From a virus: a DNA stretch of 64,000 nucleotides. Below are positions 20,101 to 28,598 of the stretch, piece after piece; the stretch's first letter is position 1, and every line of letters starts with the position of its first letter. A program made the translations under genes and the position numbers. The notes under the pieces are model-generated. The model did no database searches, was not told the DNA's origin, and was given only the letters and a program-made list of their open reading frames with translations. The stretch covers positions 10,593-74,592 of IMG/VR virus record IMGVR_UViG_3300022177_000062; one strand, written 5' to 3'.

Positions 20101-20755
20101 CCGCTTGGACACGATTCTGGGGCTTGATGACATCGAAGACATAGACACCCTTGAAGATTTTGACAGCCTCGATTCCGGTTACGTCACCGAAGGCACCTAC
20201 GAATTGCCGCCCCTCGACCTTGGAAGTATACAGACCGCCAGAATGAGCATGCTCGTCCAGTTCTCGGGGTTCGACAGGTCTCAGTCTTTCGATGAAATCA
20301 CTGATATTGACGCTGTCGAAAACTGGGACGGGAATACCTCTGGGGCCACCATCAGAACGCAGATATCAACAAGCCTTGACGGCACAACCTACACGGACTG
20401 GATGGACTTCATCGTCGGGGATTTCACTTTTCGTTACGCGAAGAGAAGGGCCACGATGAGGGTTGAAGACGCCACGGTTGGTATACTGATAAGCGCGATT
20501 CACGCCGTTGCAGACCTCCCCGACCGGAGTGAGACGGGGCAGGACATCACCTGTGGTACGGGCGGCATCGCTCCGACCTTCGCAACCCCGTTCATGGCCA
20601 AGCCGAGGATAGGAATTACCATCCAAGATATGCAGGACGGAGATTACCCGTATCTCGATCCAAGCCTAATAACCACGGCAGGCTTTTCTCTGTTCATCAA
20701 GAACGGGGCCGCAACGGTAGAGCGCGTAATAGACTGGGTAGCTGTAGGCTACTAA
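17120..20755 (+). CDS. Fused gpI/gpJ-like central tail fibre (host specificity protein)
   Basis: Hydrophobic gpI-like N-terminus, LPVLYGTHRV, NPAWACYDIL, LPGDIIEV, FnIII-like repeats. Confidence 0.85.
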   Translation: MESILLTCIKNPFKPVESKVTKLVDHLPSIRHALNEFYPAPLDSGLDIVVSLTTNACPSRLLSESEIDTLSPLPGDSIVFTAVPHGGDGGGGGSKDIVRAVAMLAVVLVAVAAQQYWTIPMLGMSAAATGTVVGMGIAIAGGLLVNALLPASVASDDAADYSYASSDYSKSATYGWDPSSNAEQEGGMLPVLYGTHRVVPPIIGRYVSTSGSLQYLNILYAVCEGGKTGIDSITNYEINGNPYTYFNDLNVVTRLGTNSQSAIPYFNDTISDIAVGAKLSTSYITRSTVGNTTQGLGVGILLPNGLYYANDSGGLTAQSVSFQIEYKKTSDPSWTAWGTYTISDAQSSAIRRYYRIDNLTPGQYDVRVVLTSALPAGARYRNDTYWEYVEEIIYDDFAYPGIALMAVNALATDELSNSTPRVSCIASRLTVPVWTGATYENKPATNPAWACYDILHNDEYGGAVPYNRIIYEKFEEWADWCDQNGYTCNIYFDTMKNLRKALDIVCTLGRGNVLQIGSKFTCIYDGGTLPSQRFLFTTGNIVKDSFGEEWLPMDDRANQIEITYYDAELNYSKQPAVVEQDGFDTLGVDISPRQVDLIGCTDRSMALKHAKFLLNCNRYITNTTSFEASRDSIACLPGDIIEVAHDVPRWGYSGRVVLARTNTVTLDRQVTLEPGTTYKVQVQHIDTDISEELTVEPVAATTTTDELILTTVWENIPARHTKYSFGEEGRITKLFRITGITRAENMRRRITAVEHVPDVYNDAVAVPAISNVSGLTRMAGLSVTEIFRKSALGAFESVASLTWRGYAIQYWVYQAPAASGPWTLLGSTTRRSYETNPLLKEGSLYYFCVTPDKTIEGGLVESVYIWGKTRAPSNVTNFRASPAQGGLLLSWDAVADPDIDYYLLKFSQNTADTWNKMTTVGKIYGTSIPLPAALSGKYAVKAVDQSVPPNESEDAAYIVTDVPTVLAWNAYREDIEEPGFSGTKTGLTVINGSLRLDTILGLDDIEDIDTLEDFDSLDSGYVTEGTYELPPLDLGSIQTARMSMLVQFSGFDRSQSFDEITDIDAVENWDGNTSGATIRTQISTSLDGTTYTDWMDFIVGDFTFRYAKRRATMRVEDATVGILISAIHAVADLPDRSETGQDITCGTGGIAPTFATPFMAKPRIGITIQDMQDGDYPYLDPSLITTAGFSLFIKNGAATVERVIDWVAVGY

Positions 20756-20765
20756 GGAGGAAATA

Positions 20766-21974
20766 ATGAGAACCACGAAACGATTCTTGATATGGGTGAC
20801 TATCGGGCTGATGCTCGTTGCGTCCCCCGTCCTTGCTTCGCAGCATGACTACGATATCAGTACAGCCGATGCCAATACTGGAGCTACGTTCCGCGCCGCT
20901 GTCAACGCGGCCCTGCAAGCCCTCGCATCGCTCTCATCGGGGGAGACGCAACCAACAACTCCCTATGCTTATCAACTATGGGCGGATACGACCAATAACT
21001 ACCTGAAGATTAGAAACTCAGCGAACACGGCATGGACCACCGTAGGTAGCCTGTCCAGCATCTATCTGGGCCTAGCCGCGACTTTCGATGAGAACAGTTT
21101 TGCTCAGTCCCAACAGCTCAAGGGTGACGCTCTCCTGCTCAGGCTGAACGACACCGGAGCCAGCGGCGAGGAGTGGGCGATCAGATCGGACGGCGGGAAT
21201 CTGGAAATCGTGCTCAACACCGGAACCGAGAGTTCCCCCGCCTGGACCGTGCAGGCCCGGATGGACGTCAATGCCCTGCGTGTCGGGAATGGGACCTCGG
21301 CGGACATCGACGTCATAGCCAATAATAATGCCGCCACCAAACCGCGCATTCGGTATCAGGCGTCCGGCTCGAAATGGCAGTACTCCAATGATGGTTCTAC
21401 ATTCAATGACATGGGTAGCGGAGGAGGCGGATCATCGGACTCCCTGCCTGCCGGGAGCCTTGTCACCTTCATGGGGCCGTCCTGCCCTGCCGGGACACTG
21501 GCAACCGATGGCGGAGCAATAAGCAGGACTACGTACGCGACCTTGTTTGCAGTCATCGGGACCATGTACGGCGTCGGCGACGGTTCCACCACCTTCAATA
21601 AACCGGACCTGCGGGGTTATTTCCTGCGGGGCCGGGACAATGGTGCCGCCGTGGACCCCGACAGAGCGTCCCGCACCAACAGGGGCGACGGCACGACGGG
21701 TGATAACGTCGGCACGAAGCAGGGCCACCAGCTGTACAGTCACAACCATTCGGCCTCCTCCTCGATCAATACCACATGGCCGACCGTCTATGGCATGGCG
21801 TACGTGTATCCATCCGCTGGCGGCGGCGGGATACCGCCCTACGGCGGGGACAATCACTTTCAATGGGTAGCTCCAGTGCCCGACTGGCTGTACGTAACAA
21901 CCTCGATTGGCAACAACGGAGGTAATGAGACCAGACCGGCCAACATCAACGTGCTGTACTGTATCAAGTACTGA
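20766..21974 (+). CDS. Tail fibre with collar domain and N-terminal signal-peptide-like segment
   Basis: QHDY...FRAAVNAALQALA; collar motifs ISRTTYATLFAVIGT...FNKPDLRG; ETRPANINVLYCIKY. Confidence 0.8.
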   Translation: MRTTKRFLIWVTIGLMLVASPVLASQHDYDISTADANTGATFRAAVNAALQALASLSSGETQPTTPYAYQLWADTTNNYLKIRNSANTAWTTVGSLSSIYLGLAATFDENSFAQSQQLKGDALLLRLNDTGASGEEWAIRSDGGNLEIVLNTGTESSPAWTVQARMDVNALRVGNGTSADIDVIANNNAATKPRIRYQASGSKWQYSNDGSTFNDMGSGGGGSSDSLPAGSLVTFMGPSCPAGTLATDGGAISRTTYATLFAVIGTMYGVGDGSTTFNKPDLRGYFLRGRDNGAAVDPDRASRTNRGDGTTGDNVGTKQGHQLYSHNHSASSSINTTWPTVYGMAYVYPSAGGGGIPPYGGDNHFQWVAPVPDWLYVTTSIGNNGGNETRPANINVLYCIKY

Positions 21975-21985
21975 TAGGAGGGACT

Positions 21986-22849
21986 ATGCAACACAGCTAC
22001 AATATCACCTCTCTGGTGGCCAAGGGCGGCTCGGCCTATCGCGCCGCTGTGAATGCAGCGCTACAGGCACTGGCGTCACATAACCTCGGCGAGGAGGCCG
22101 CCGCCGTTCCCTACGTCGGCATGCTGCAATGGTTCGATGAGGCGCCGTCGTGGACCCTTAAAGCCTACACGGGCGTCGACGGGCACGAATGGACAGACGC
22201 TATCCTGACGGTGGACACGAGCACGGGGGCAGTAACAGGTCAATCTGCCCTCACCCTGCTTGCCCTGGCAACAGGTTTCAGTATCGCGGGGGGCACAACG
22301 AGCAAAGCATTGACTGTCGACACGGACATCACGGCCAGCAACCTCATGCTTGTCACGGGCGCCAATCTGGCAGTAGGTAGCGATGCCGACGGGGATATGT
22401 ATTACCGCGCGTCATCCGCTCTGGCACGGTTGGCAAAAGGGACAGCAAATTACAGGCTGTTCATGGACGGTGCAGGAAACGGTCCCGAATGGGCCACAGG
22501 GGAAAAGTTGGGGTCGTTTACGATAGACCTGAGCACATCCGGGGCACAGGCAATTACCGGTGTTGGTTTCAAGCCGTCGCAACTGGAACTCATGTACGGC
22601 ATAGACAATACCGGTTATTTCGGTGTGGGGTGGACAGACGGAACCGTGATGTTCATGGTCAGCGACAGGCGCGCCGGTACGTCGGGCACCTACTACCACG
22701 ACGATAGCAAAGTCATTTATTACAGTGACGGGACGAATGCCAACACGGCCGTGCTGACATCATTCGATTCCGACGGTTTCACAATAACCAAAACGAAGAC
22801 ATCCAGCCCGACAGGGACCCTGCTGGTCAGATACAGGGCTCGAAGATAA
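21986..22849 (+). CDS. Second tail fibre (paralogous N-terminus)
   Basis: QHSY...YRAAVNAALQALAS shared with the previous gene. Confidence 0.7.
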   Translation: MQHSYNITSLVAKGGSAYRAAVNAALQALASHNLGEEAAAVPYVGMLQWFDEAPSWTLKAYTGVDGHEWTDAILTVDTSTGAVTGQSALTLLALATGFSIAGGTTSKALTVDTDITASNLMLVTGANLAVGSDADGDMYYRASSALARLAKGTANYRLFMDGAGNGPEWATGEKLGSFTIDLSTSGAQAITGVGFKPSQLELMYGIDNTGYFGVGWTDGTVMFMVSDRRAGTSGTYYHDDSKVIYYSDGTNANTAVLTSFDSDGFTITKTKTSSPTGTLLVRYRARR

Positions 22850-22866
22850 GGGGGTAGGAGGCGGAC

Positions 22867-23301
22867 ATGTACCGAATATGTATACTGAAATCAACGGGCA
22901 AAATCTTAGAGATGCAGAGCGGCGGCTCCGAGGACGATACGCTGAGGGATTCGCGCCTCGACACCCTGAGAATCAATGCCCGGAACGCGGGATTCGATGA
23001 AGACGAGATAGAGATAAAATGGGTGACCGATGAGGAGTGGACAATCTTACTGGCATCTCAAGCTGAGGCCCCGCGCATAGTATCCCTCACCATGCGCCAG
23101 GCGCGCCTTCAGATGTTGGCCATGGGGGTTCTGTCCCAAGTGGAGGCGGCGGTTGCGCAGGCCGGGCAGGCGGCGCAGATCGAGTGGGAATATGCGGCAA
23201 CCGTGGAGCGGGACAATATGTTATTTCAGAGTATAAAGGTCGCGCTGGGGTTTAGTGATGAACAGGAGGAGACTTTTTTCAATGAGGGGAGTTTACTGTA
23301 G
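22867..23301 (+). CDS. Tail fibre assembly-like protein
   Basis: SLTMRQARLQM...IEWEYA...ALG motif; follows the fibres. Confidence 0.55.
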   Translation: MYRICILKSTGKILEMQSGGSEDDTLRDSRLDTLRINARNAGFDEDEIEIKWVTDEEWTILLASQAEAPRIVSLTMRQARLQMLAMGVLSQVEAAVAQAGQAAQIEWEYAATVERDNMLFQSIKVALGFSDEQEETFFNEGSLL

Positions 23302-23752
23302 AAGGCTGACCGCTGTCGACTGCCGGGCAGACCTCTTTCCCCCGGCCGCGCAGAAACATCTCCCAAGACCTGAGTACGTCATCTGTCCCGTGTGCCCACG
23401 TCTGAACTCGGAGCACGGCAGATGTGCCAGCCAGCGTAGGCGACAGTTCTATCCTGCCTAAAACAAAATCAGATGGACGTGCCCTGCCCCCAACGTAGAC
23501 ATCGCACAAGACAAAGCCGTCCTGTCTCGCAGGCAAACAGACCGGTGAACCATGCAGGGTGACAAAGATGAGCCCGCCGCTTTCCGGGCCGCAAAGCCTG
23601 AATCCTTGATGCATATTGTCGAGAGAGGCGGGTATAGAGGCGTCTAGCGTTACGGTTCTGGAGACGAAATCGCTGTCAGTGAGCTTGCCGGGGGGCGTGG
23701 CACATCCGGCGAGAAGCAGGGACAGAAGGAGAAGGAGGGAAAGGGGTCTCAT
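23279..23752 (-). CDS. Lipoprotein (moron)
   Basis: Signal peptide II with lipobox LAGC. Confidence 0.7.
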   Translation of the reverse strand: MRPLSLLLLLSLLLAGCATPPGKLTDSDFVSRTVTLDASIPASLDNMHQGFRLCGPESGGLIFVTLHGSPVCLPARQDGFVLCDVYVGGRARPSDFVLGRIELSPTLAGTSAVLRVQTWAHGTDDVLRSWEMFLRGRGKEVCPAVDSGQPSTVNSPH

Positions 23753-24303
23753 CTTCTGGAATCTCTCAAATCTTCAAGGGCAAATTCGGCTTTCTTGACC
23801 TGAGACCTGTAGGCCGTGCCTACGTAGGTTGTTATGACCCCTCGATATAGTTTTTGGGCTGAATCGGAGTCCCCCAATTTTGCATAGGCATTCCCAATCT
23901 CGATGGTCATCTCTGCGGTATCCCGGTTGAAATCGGCATAGCGGTTGTTAACGGCACTCCATGCATTTATTTCTCTATAGTCGAGAAGCATTTTTGAATA
24001 CGTGTACGCATAGGCTATTCGGCTTACATCGTCGCGAAGGCCAATAGCCTCTGACATCCGGCTCGTTTGACGTTTGGGGACAATCTCATTGTTGAGAAGG
24101 GTCATGAGTCTGATTTTAAGATCAGCCACGGCCCAAATGTCGGTTTCTATGCGCTTGTAAAACGCGAACATACCAGAGCGATGATACATGCAGGCTACTT
24201 CAGCATCATCTTTGGGACAGGCACCCATTATACCCGCCGTAGCGCAACCACTCAGAAATAAAAGGACGATTATGAAAAGGGATAACAATTTTCTTAATGC
24301 CAT
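23749..24303 (-). CDS. TPR-containing lipoprotein (moron)
   Basis: SD AAGGAGG before ATG 24303; lipobox LSGC; IGNAYAKLGDSDSAQKLY TPR motif; AT-richer than flanks. Confidence 0.7.
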   Translation of the reverse strand: MALRKLLSLFIIVLLFLSGCATAGIMGACPKDDAEVACMYHRSGMFAFYKRIETDIWAVADLKIRLMTLLNNEIVPKRQTSRMSEAIGLRDDVSRIAYAYTYSKMLLDYREINAWSAVNNRYADFNRDTAEMTIEIGNAYAKLGDSDSAQKLYRGVITTYVGTAYRSQVKKAEFALEDLRDSRR

Positions 24304-24361
24304 CCGAACTTCCTCCTTATTCTCATTCATTCTATCCTTTTTCCATTGGATACAACTATCC

Positions 24362-24826
24362 TCAATCCTTTCCCGCCCGTAGTGCATCCACCCTGTGTCG
24401 CCCCTGAATTGTAGTTTTGTGCTTGTCAGGGTTGGCGGGGGAACTTCGGGCATCAAAATCAGTCATAGTTCTTATGAATGATAATATAGCAGTTTGCTTT
24501 TCCGGGTCAAGGGTTTTACATAAATCGCAGATTTGACGGCAGGGGTCGGGGACATCACAGGCTTGTACATATTTAGAAGAATATGTCCGCTCTCGTCTGT
24601 CCGAGATATGAAAAAAGTCATATGGATTAGCATCAAGCAATAAACAGGCGTTTATGAAGGATTCGGCGCTCGGCATGGCCCCGCCGCTCTCTATTTTGCT
24701 CACAGCTGACTGTTTAACGCCCATTGCCTCCGCAAGCTCTTCTTGGGTTACGTTTTGACTTTCACGTAGCCGTCTTAATTGTGTACCAAAAAAGCTCTTG
24801 CTTTCGCTTAATATCACTTTTTTCAT
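24362..24826 (-). CDS. CI-like XRE repressor lacking an S24 domain
   Basis: LRRLRESQNVTQEELAEAMGVKQSAVSKIESG. Confidence 0.85.
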   Translation of the reverse strand: MKKVILSESKSFFGTQLRRLRESQNVTQEELAEAMGVKQSAVSKIESGGAMPSAESFINACLLLDANPYDFFHISDRRERTYSSKYVQACDVPDPCRQICDLCKTLDPEKQTAILSFIRTMTDFDARSSPANPDKHKTTIQGRHRVDALRAGKD

Positions 24827-24861
24827 TTTCCGCTTGACACCATATCACTATTTTCATATTC
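24811..24861. promoter_or_regulatory. Two 20-bp direct repeats (operator candidates)
   Basis: ATATCACTTTTTTCATTTTC (24811) and ATATCACTATTTTCATATTC (24842), 18/20 identical. Confidence 0.55.
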
Positions 24862-24862
24862 T
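24834..24862 (+). promoter_or_regulatory. Rightward sigma70 promoter
   Basis: TTGACA-17-TATTCT. Confidence 0.7.
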
Positions 24863-25074
24863 ATGCCCATGGGCGCGGTAGAAATCAGGTACAATACATC
24901 AATCCTTGAGCACGGAGCGGAACATGAAATAGATTCCCCCAATAGCGTAAAAAGCAGGCAACGGGTCACAGGATACGCTTTCCCCGTAAAGTCTATCGCG
25001 CCCGACTGTGGCCCCTTGCCATCTAAAGACAACAATACCCCTCGCCTTTCTATAATAGTAGCCTCGGAAACTAC

Positions 25075-25103
25075 ATTATCCGAAAGGTCGAGGGGTTTGT
25101 CAA
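25075..25103 (-). promoter_or_regulatory. Leftward sigma70 promoter (repressor operon)
   Basis: TTGACA-17-GATAAT on the minus strand, within a 60-bp imperfect inverted repeat at 25037-25096. Confidence 0.7.
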
Positions 25104-25217
25104 TTTTTCGCGTCTGTTTCATGAAAAAAATTTTCTCAAAAATCCACCTGTTGAGACAAGTTTACTTTTCTCAACAGCAATCAACTATTAGTTGAATCCG
25201 TTGATAGGAGGGAACTT

Positions 25218-25634
25218 ATGGGCCACACTTCGACAGCAAATAATCTTCACGGTGATATCTTTGTGCAGCAACAGGTTGTTGAGAACAAGGCCCTTGCTGA
25301 GCAATTCGACCGACACTGCAAGGAAGTGGCTGAGTCCATCGACAGCAAAGACCTCGCCGCCGCCAATGACGTAACCTACGCATACATCAGGAAGATGCTC
25401 AACACAAACAGCGCGCAATCCCCGATGCAGATGGACATCATACCATCTCTTGCAAGGATGAACCCCGACAAATTTGCTGAAACCGTTCTCCGGTTTCTCT
25501 GTGATCTGTGTGGCAGGGAGGTTCCTGAGAAGAAACGATCCATGACACCGGAAGAAGAACTGAAAATCATTCGACTCAAGATGAAAAGCTCGGGCCTCAC
25601 GGCCCTGCTTAAGGAATGGGGATTAGAGGGTTGA
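25218..25634 (+). CDS. CII-like HTH regulator
   Basis: SKDLAAANDVTYAYIRKMLN HTH; first clear gene of the rightward operon. Confidence 0.5.
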   Translation: MGHTSTANNLHGDIFVQQQVVENKALAEQFDRHCKEVAESIDSKDLAAANDVTYAYIRKMLNTNSAQSPMQMDIIPSLARMNPDKFAETVLRFLCDLCGREVPEKKRSMTPEEELKIIRLKMKSSGLTALLKEWGLEG

Positions 25635-25654
25635 CCAGCAAAAGGAGGTCGTAT

Positions 25655-26020
25655 ATGGATCTATTGCATAACTCATTCTACGGTCTCAATGACAATGAGA
25701 TGAAGGTGTGGAAAGAGATCAGGTTCAACGGGAAGGCCAATGCGATTCCTGGTCGCGCCATCGCAAAAAAGACCAAACTCACCTACAAGCGCGTTCAGGA
25801 GATCGTTTCTCACCTTGTTGTCGAGCACGGCAAGTTCATCGGTTCATGCACCAAAGGTTTCTTCGTTCCCCAGACACAGGAAGAACTTCGGGACTCGACA
25901 CGGGTCCTCAGGCACCGTGGGGTCATGAACTTTGTCCGGGCCGCAAGGCTCGAAAAGGTCAGCCCCTACAAGCTCTTCAAACAGTCCATGATCGAATTCG
26001 AGAAAGAAGTGGCGGCCTGA
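25655..26020 (+). CDS. Winged-HTH DNA-binding protein
   Basis: AIPGRAIAKKTKLTYKRVQEIVSHL...GFF; SD AGGAGG. Confidence 0.55.
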   Translation: MDLLHNSFYGLNDNEMKVWKEIRFNGKANAIPGRAIAKKTKLTYKRVQEIVSHLVVEHGKFIGSCTKGFFVPQTQEELRDSTRVLRHRGVMNFVRAARLEKVSPYKLFKQSMIEFEKEVAA

Positions 26021-26021
26021 G

Positions 26022-26378
26022 ATGGATACCTCCAACCTTGTCATCTCCAATCATGCCCGCGAACAGTTCACGAAACGCTGTGCCGTCGCCTATCCCTCTG
26101 GTGTCCGGGACCCCGGATCGACAATGACCAAGCTATTGAAGCGGGCCACTCGCGGTCACATCAACCTCAACAGCTATCTGAATCGGCAGGCGAGGCATGG
26201 CAGAGAGGCCGAATACTGGTTTGCCGACGTATGGCGTTTCGTCATCATCGACGTTCCGGGGGGTAAGAAGCTCCTGTTGACCTGCGAACTGAAGGATTAC
26301 GAACTGAACAAGCAGGTGAAGTTCATGGCCGCCGTGGACACCGTGTCCAGGGAAGGAGGGACAGTGCATGGAGCATAA
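26022..26378 (+). CDS. Hypothetical protein
   Basis: Coupled ORF with ISNHAREQF motif. Confidence 0.5.
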   Translation: MDTSNLVISNHAREQFTKRCAVAYPSGVRDPGSTMTKLLKRATRGHINLNSYLNRQARHGREAEYWFADVWRFVIIDVPGGKKLLLTCELKDYELNKQVKFMAAVDTVSREGGTVHGA

Positions 26379-26664
26379 TCCTCAACTGGACGCACTTCAG
26401 ACAGCCCTTGAGAATATCAGTGCAAGGGATGCCCATGATGTCTACGATCAACTCAGGCAGCTTGTCGTGAGTGGTGCCGCCGTTGTCAATGAGGGTGTGG
26501 CCATTCCCTCATCCGCTGGCAGATTGCTCCACCCTGCCCTACCAGCCATCTACGACCTAGCCTGGCAATTCATCCGACAATACAACTCCCTCGGCCTTCC
26601 CACCCCGGCCGAACTCAACGGTCACACAAACAGGACGGCGAACGTCGTCAGTCTGAGGAGGTAA
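26368..26664 (+). CDS. Hypothetical protein
   Basis: Overlapping ORF with RBS. Confidence 0.45.
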   Translation: MEHNPQLDALQTALENISARDAHDVYDQLRQLVVSGAAVVNEGVAIPSSAGRLLHPALPAIYDLAWQFIRQYNSLGLPTPAELNGHTNRTANVVSLRR

Positions 26665-26668
26665 CGGC

Positions 26669-26872
26669 ATGGATTGGGGTAATTTCTTCTGGGACTTCGT
26701 AAAGAAACACAGTGAACAGAGGAAGGAAACGGCTACAAAGGCTCCTCGCGCGGCAACGGCGGAAGAAGTCATTATAGATGTCTTCGGTCTCGAACAGGAC
26801 ACGGCAAAATGGTTGGTAGACGCCTTGAAAGAGGAAGGCTACGAGATCAGGCCGATACCGAATAGTCTGTAG
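26669..26872 (+). CDS. Hypothetical protein
   Basis: ORF in operon. Confidence 0.5.
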   Translation: MDWGNFFWDFVKKHSEQRKETATKAPRAATAEEVIIDVFGLEQDTAKWLVDALKEEGYEIRPIPNSL

Positions 26873-26880
26873 GAGGATTT

Positions 26881-26991
26881 ATGGAAAGACTCTCGAAACT
26901 GATTGGTTCTAACCTGTGGATTGTTGGTCTGGTAAGCCTGGTTCTGGGAATCGCCGTGGGCTACCTCATTCGCGCAGGACAAGGCTTCTGA
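26881..26991 (+). CDS. 36-aa single-TM protein
   Basis: SD AGGAGG; MERLSKLIGSNLWIVGLVSLVLGIAVGYLIRAGQGF; TGA/ATG overlap with helicase. Confidence 0.55.
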   Translation: MERLSKLIGSNLWIVGLVSLVLGIAVGYLIRAGQGF

Positions 26992-28598
26992 TGCAGGCCT
27001 TTCAGATCCAGAACGATACGATCAGTATGAACTTCAACCGGTGGACCCTTGAGGAATACCACCTATTTCTGAAGACGAAGCAGCTCCCCGAGTTTCAGCT
27101 CGCATACGACTGGCAATCCGACACATACAGAATCTCCTGTTCGGCCCGGTTCGCCCACATCCTCGGTTTTCAAGCAACGACGGAAGATCATGGTTGGCTC
27201 CCCCTGTCCGAATACCTCCTTGACTACCAGCGGTTCATCGTTGCGCAGGCCCTCAAAATCAAACGTTACGCCATATGGAGCTACACCGGCAGCGGCAAGA
27301 CCCCGATGTATCTGGAGTGGGCGCGCCAGGTCTCTCACAGAACAGGCGGCAAGGTTCTGCTTATCGTTCCCCTGAACATCATCAGGCAGACAATCGACAT
27401 GGCTCATAGGTTCTACGGGGACGGAATGGCCATTGAACAGATCGAGACGAGAGAGGCCCTGAAGGTTTGGTGTGCGGATGGGAAACCGACCACAGGAATA
27501 GTCAACCCCGAAAAGTTCATCCCCCGCAAAGAGGAATCGGAGGTCATATCGGAGATCCGGCATTGCGCCGGCGTTGTGCTTGATGAAGCCAGTCTGCTGA
27601 AAGCGGGCGGAGGAAAGATTAAGTGGGCATTGATAAAGTCCTGCAAGGGTATCGAATACAAGCTGGCATGTACAGCCACGCCAGCGCCCAATGACACCAT
27701 GGAATACGCCTCTCAGGGTTCCTTCCTTGAAAAGCTCCGGGATGAAGGCGAGATCCTGTGGACCTTCTTCAAACGGGACAAGGACGGCAACTGGAAGGTT
27801 AAGCAACACGCCGAAGCCGCTTTCTACCGGTTCATGGCGGGATGGTCAATCTATCTGAACGACCCGAAGAACTACGGCTTCCAGAATCACCTCAAGGACC
27901 TGCCGGATCCGGTAATCGAAGAATACAGAATCGAGATGACCCCGGAGCAAAGATCGTTCGCTCTGACCGATAATGATCGGTCCAAACGGGCTCAACTTTT
28001 CGTAGACCGCACGAAGCTGACGATGCCCAGAAGGATCGAGCTGTCCGAGGTCGCCAAGGGGTTTATCTACTCAAAAAAAGGCGCGACGAGGATACCGAGC
28101 CTCAAGCCTGCGTTCGTGGCCGACCTGGTAAGAAGGGACGTCATTCGTCACGAACTGCAGGTCCTTGTCTGGACTATCTTCGATGAAGAATCAACCATCA
28201 TAGCGGAACAGTTGCAGAACGAAACATTCACCGTTGAAACCCTTACAGGCAAGACGAGGGAAGCGGACCGTTTGGAGATCATCGAGCGGTTTAGAACGGG
28301 CAAAACCGACGTGCTGATATCGAAAGCCTCTCTCCTGGGTTTCGGCCTGAACTTCCAGATGTGCGGAAGCATGGTCTATTCGGGGATTAATGACAGTTTC
28401 GAGGAGCATTACCAGAGTATCCGGCGCGCGGTTCGTTATGGCCAGACAAAACAGGTCAAGGTCCACATCCCCTATATCCCCGAACTGGAAGGCGTCGTAT
28501 GGGACAACGTGAAGGCAAAGCAAGAAAAGTTCCTGCAGGGAATAGCGATGCAGGAAGCCGCATATATCGAAGCGATGAAAGGGGTACTAAATGTCTGA
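26991..28598 (+). CDS. SNF2-like SF2 helicase
   Basis: TGSGKT, LDEAS, TATPAPND, QSIRRAVRYGQ. Confidence 0.85.
   Translation: MQAFQIQNDTISMNFNRWTLEEYHLFLKTKQLPEFQLAYDWQSDTYRISCSARFAHILGFQATTEDHGWLPLSEYLLDYQRFIVAQALKIKRYAIWSYTGSGKTPMYLEWARQVSHRTGGKVLLIVPLNIIRQTIDMAHRFYGDGMAIEQIETREALKVWCADGKPTTGIVNPEKFIPRKEESEVISEIRHCAGVVLDEASLLKAGGGKIKWALIKSCKGIEYKLACTATPAPNDTMEYASQGSFLEKLRDEGEILWTFFKRDKDGNWKVKQHAEAAFYRFMAGWSIYLNDPKNYGFQNHLKDLPDPVIEEYRIEMTPEQRSFALTDNDRSKRAQLFVDRTKLTMPRRIELSEVAKGFIYSKKGATRIPSLKPAFVADLVRRDVIRHELQVLVWTIFDEESTIIAEQLQNETFTVETLTGKTREADRLEIIERFRTGKTDVLISKASLLGFGLNFQMCGSMVYSGINDSFEEHYQSIRRAVRYGQTKQVKVHIPYIPELEGVVWDNVKAKQEKFLQGIAMQEAAYIEAMKGVLNV

Noticed and set aside
20766-22849. Diversity-generating retroelement acting on the tail fibres
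   Set aside because: No reverse transcriptase and no template/variable repeat pair seen; the fibres share only their N-terminal motif
24863-25195. Cro-like gene
   Set aside because: No HTH pattern and it overlaps promoter and inverted-repeat elements; leaderless translation is possible but unsupported
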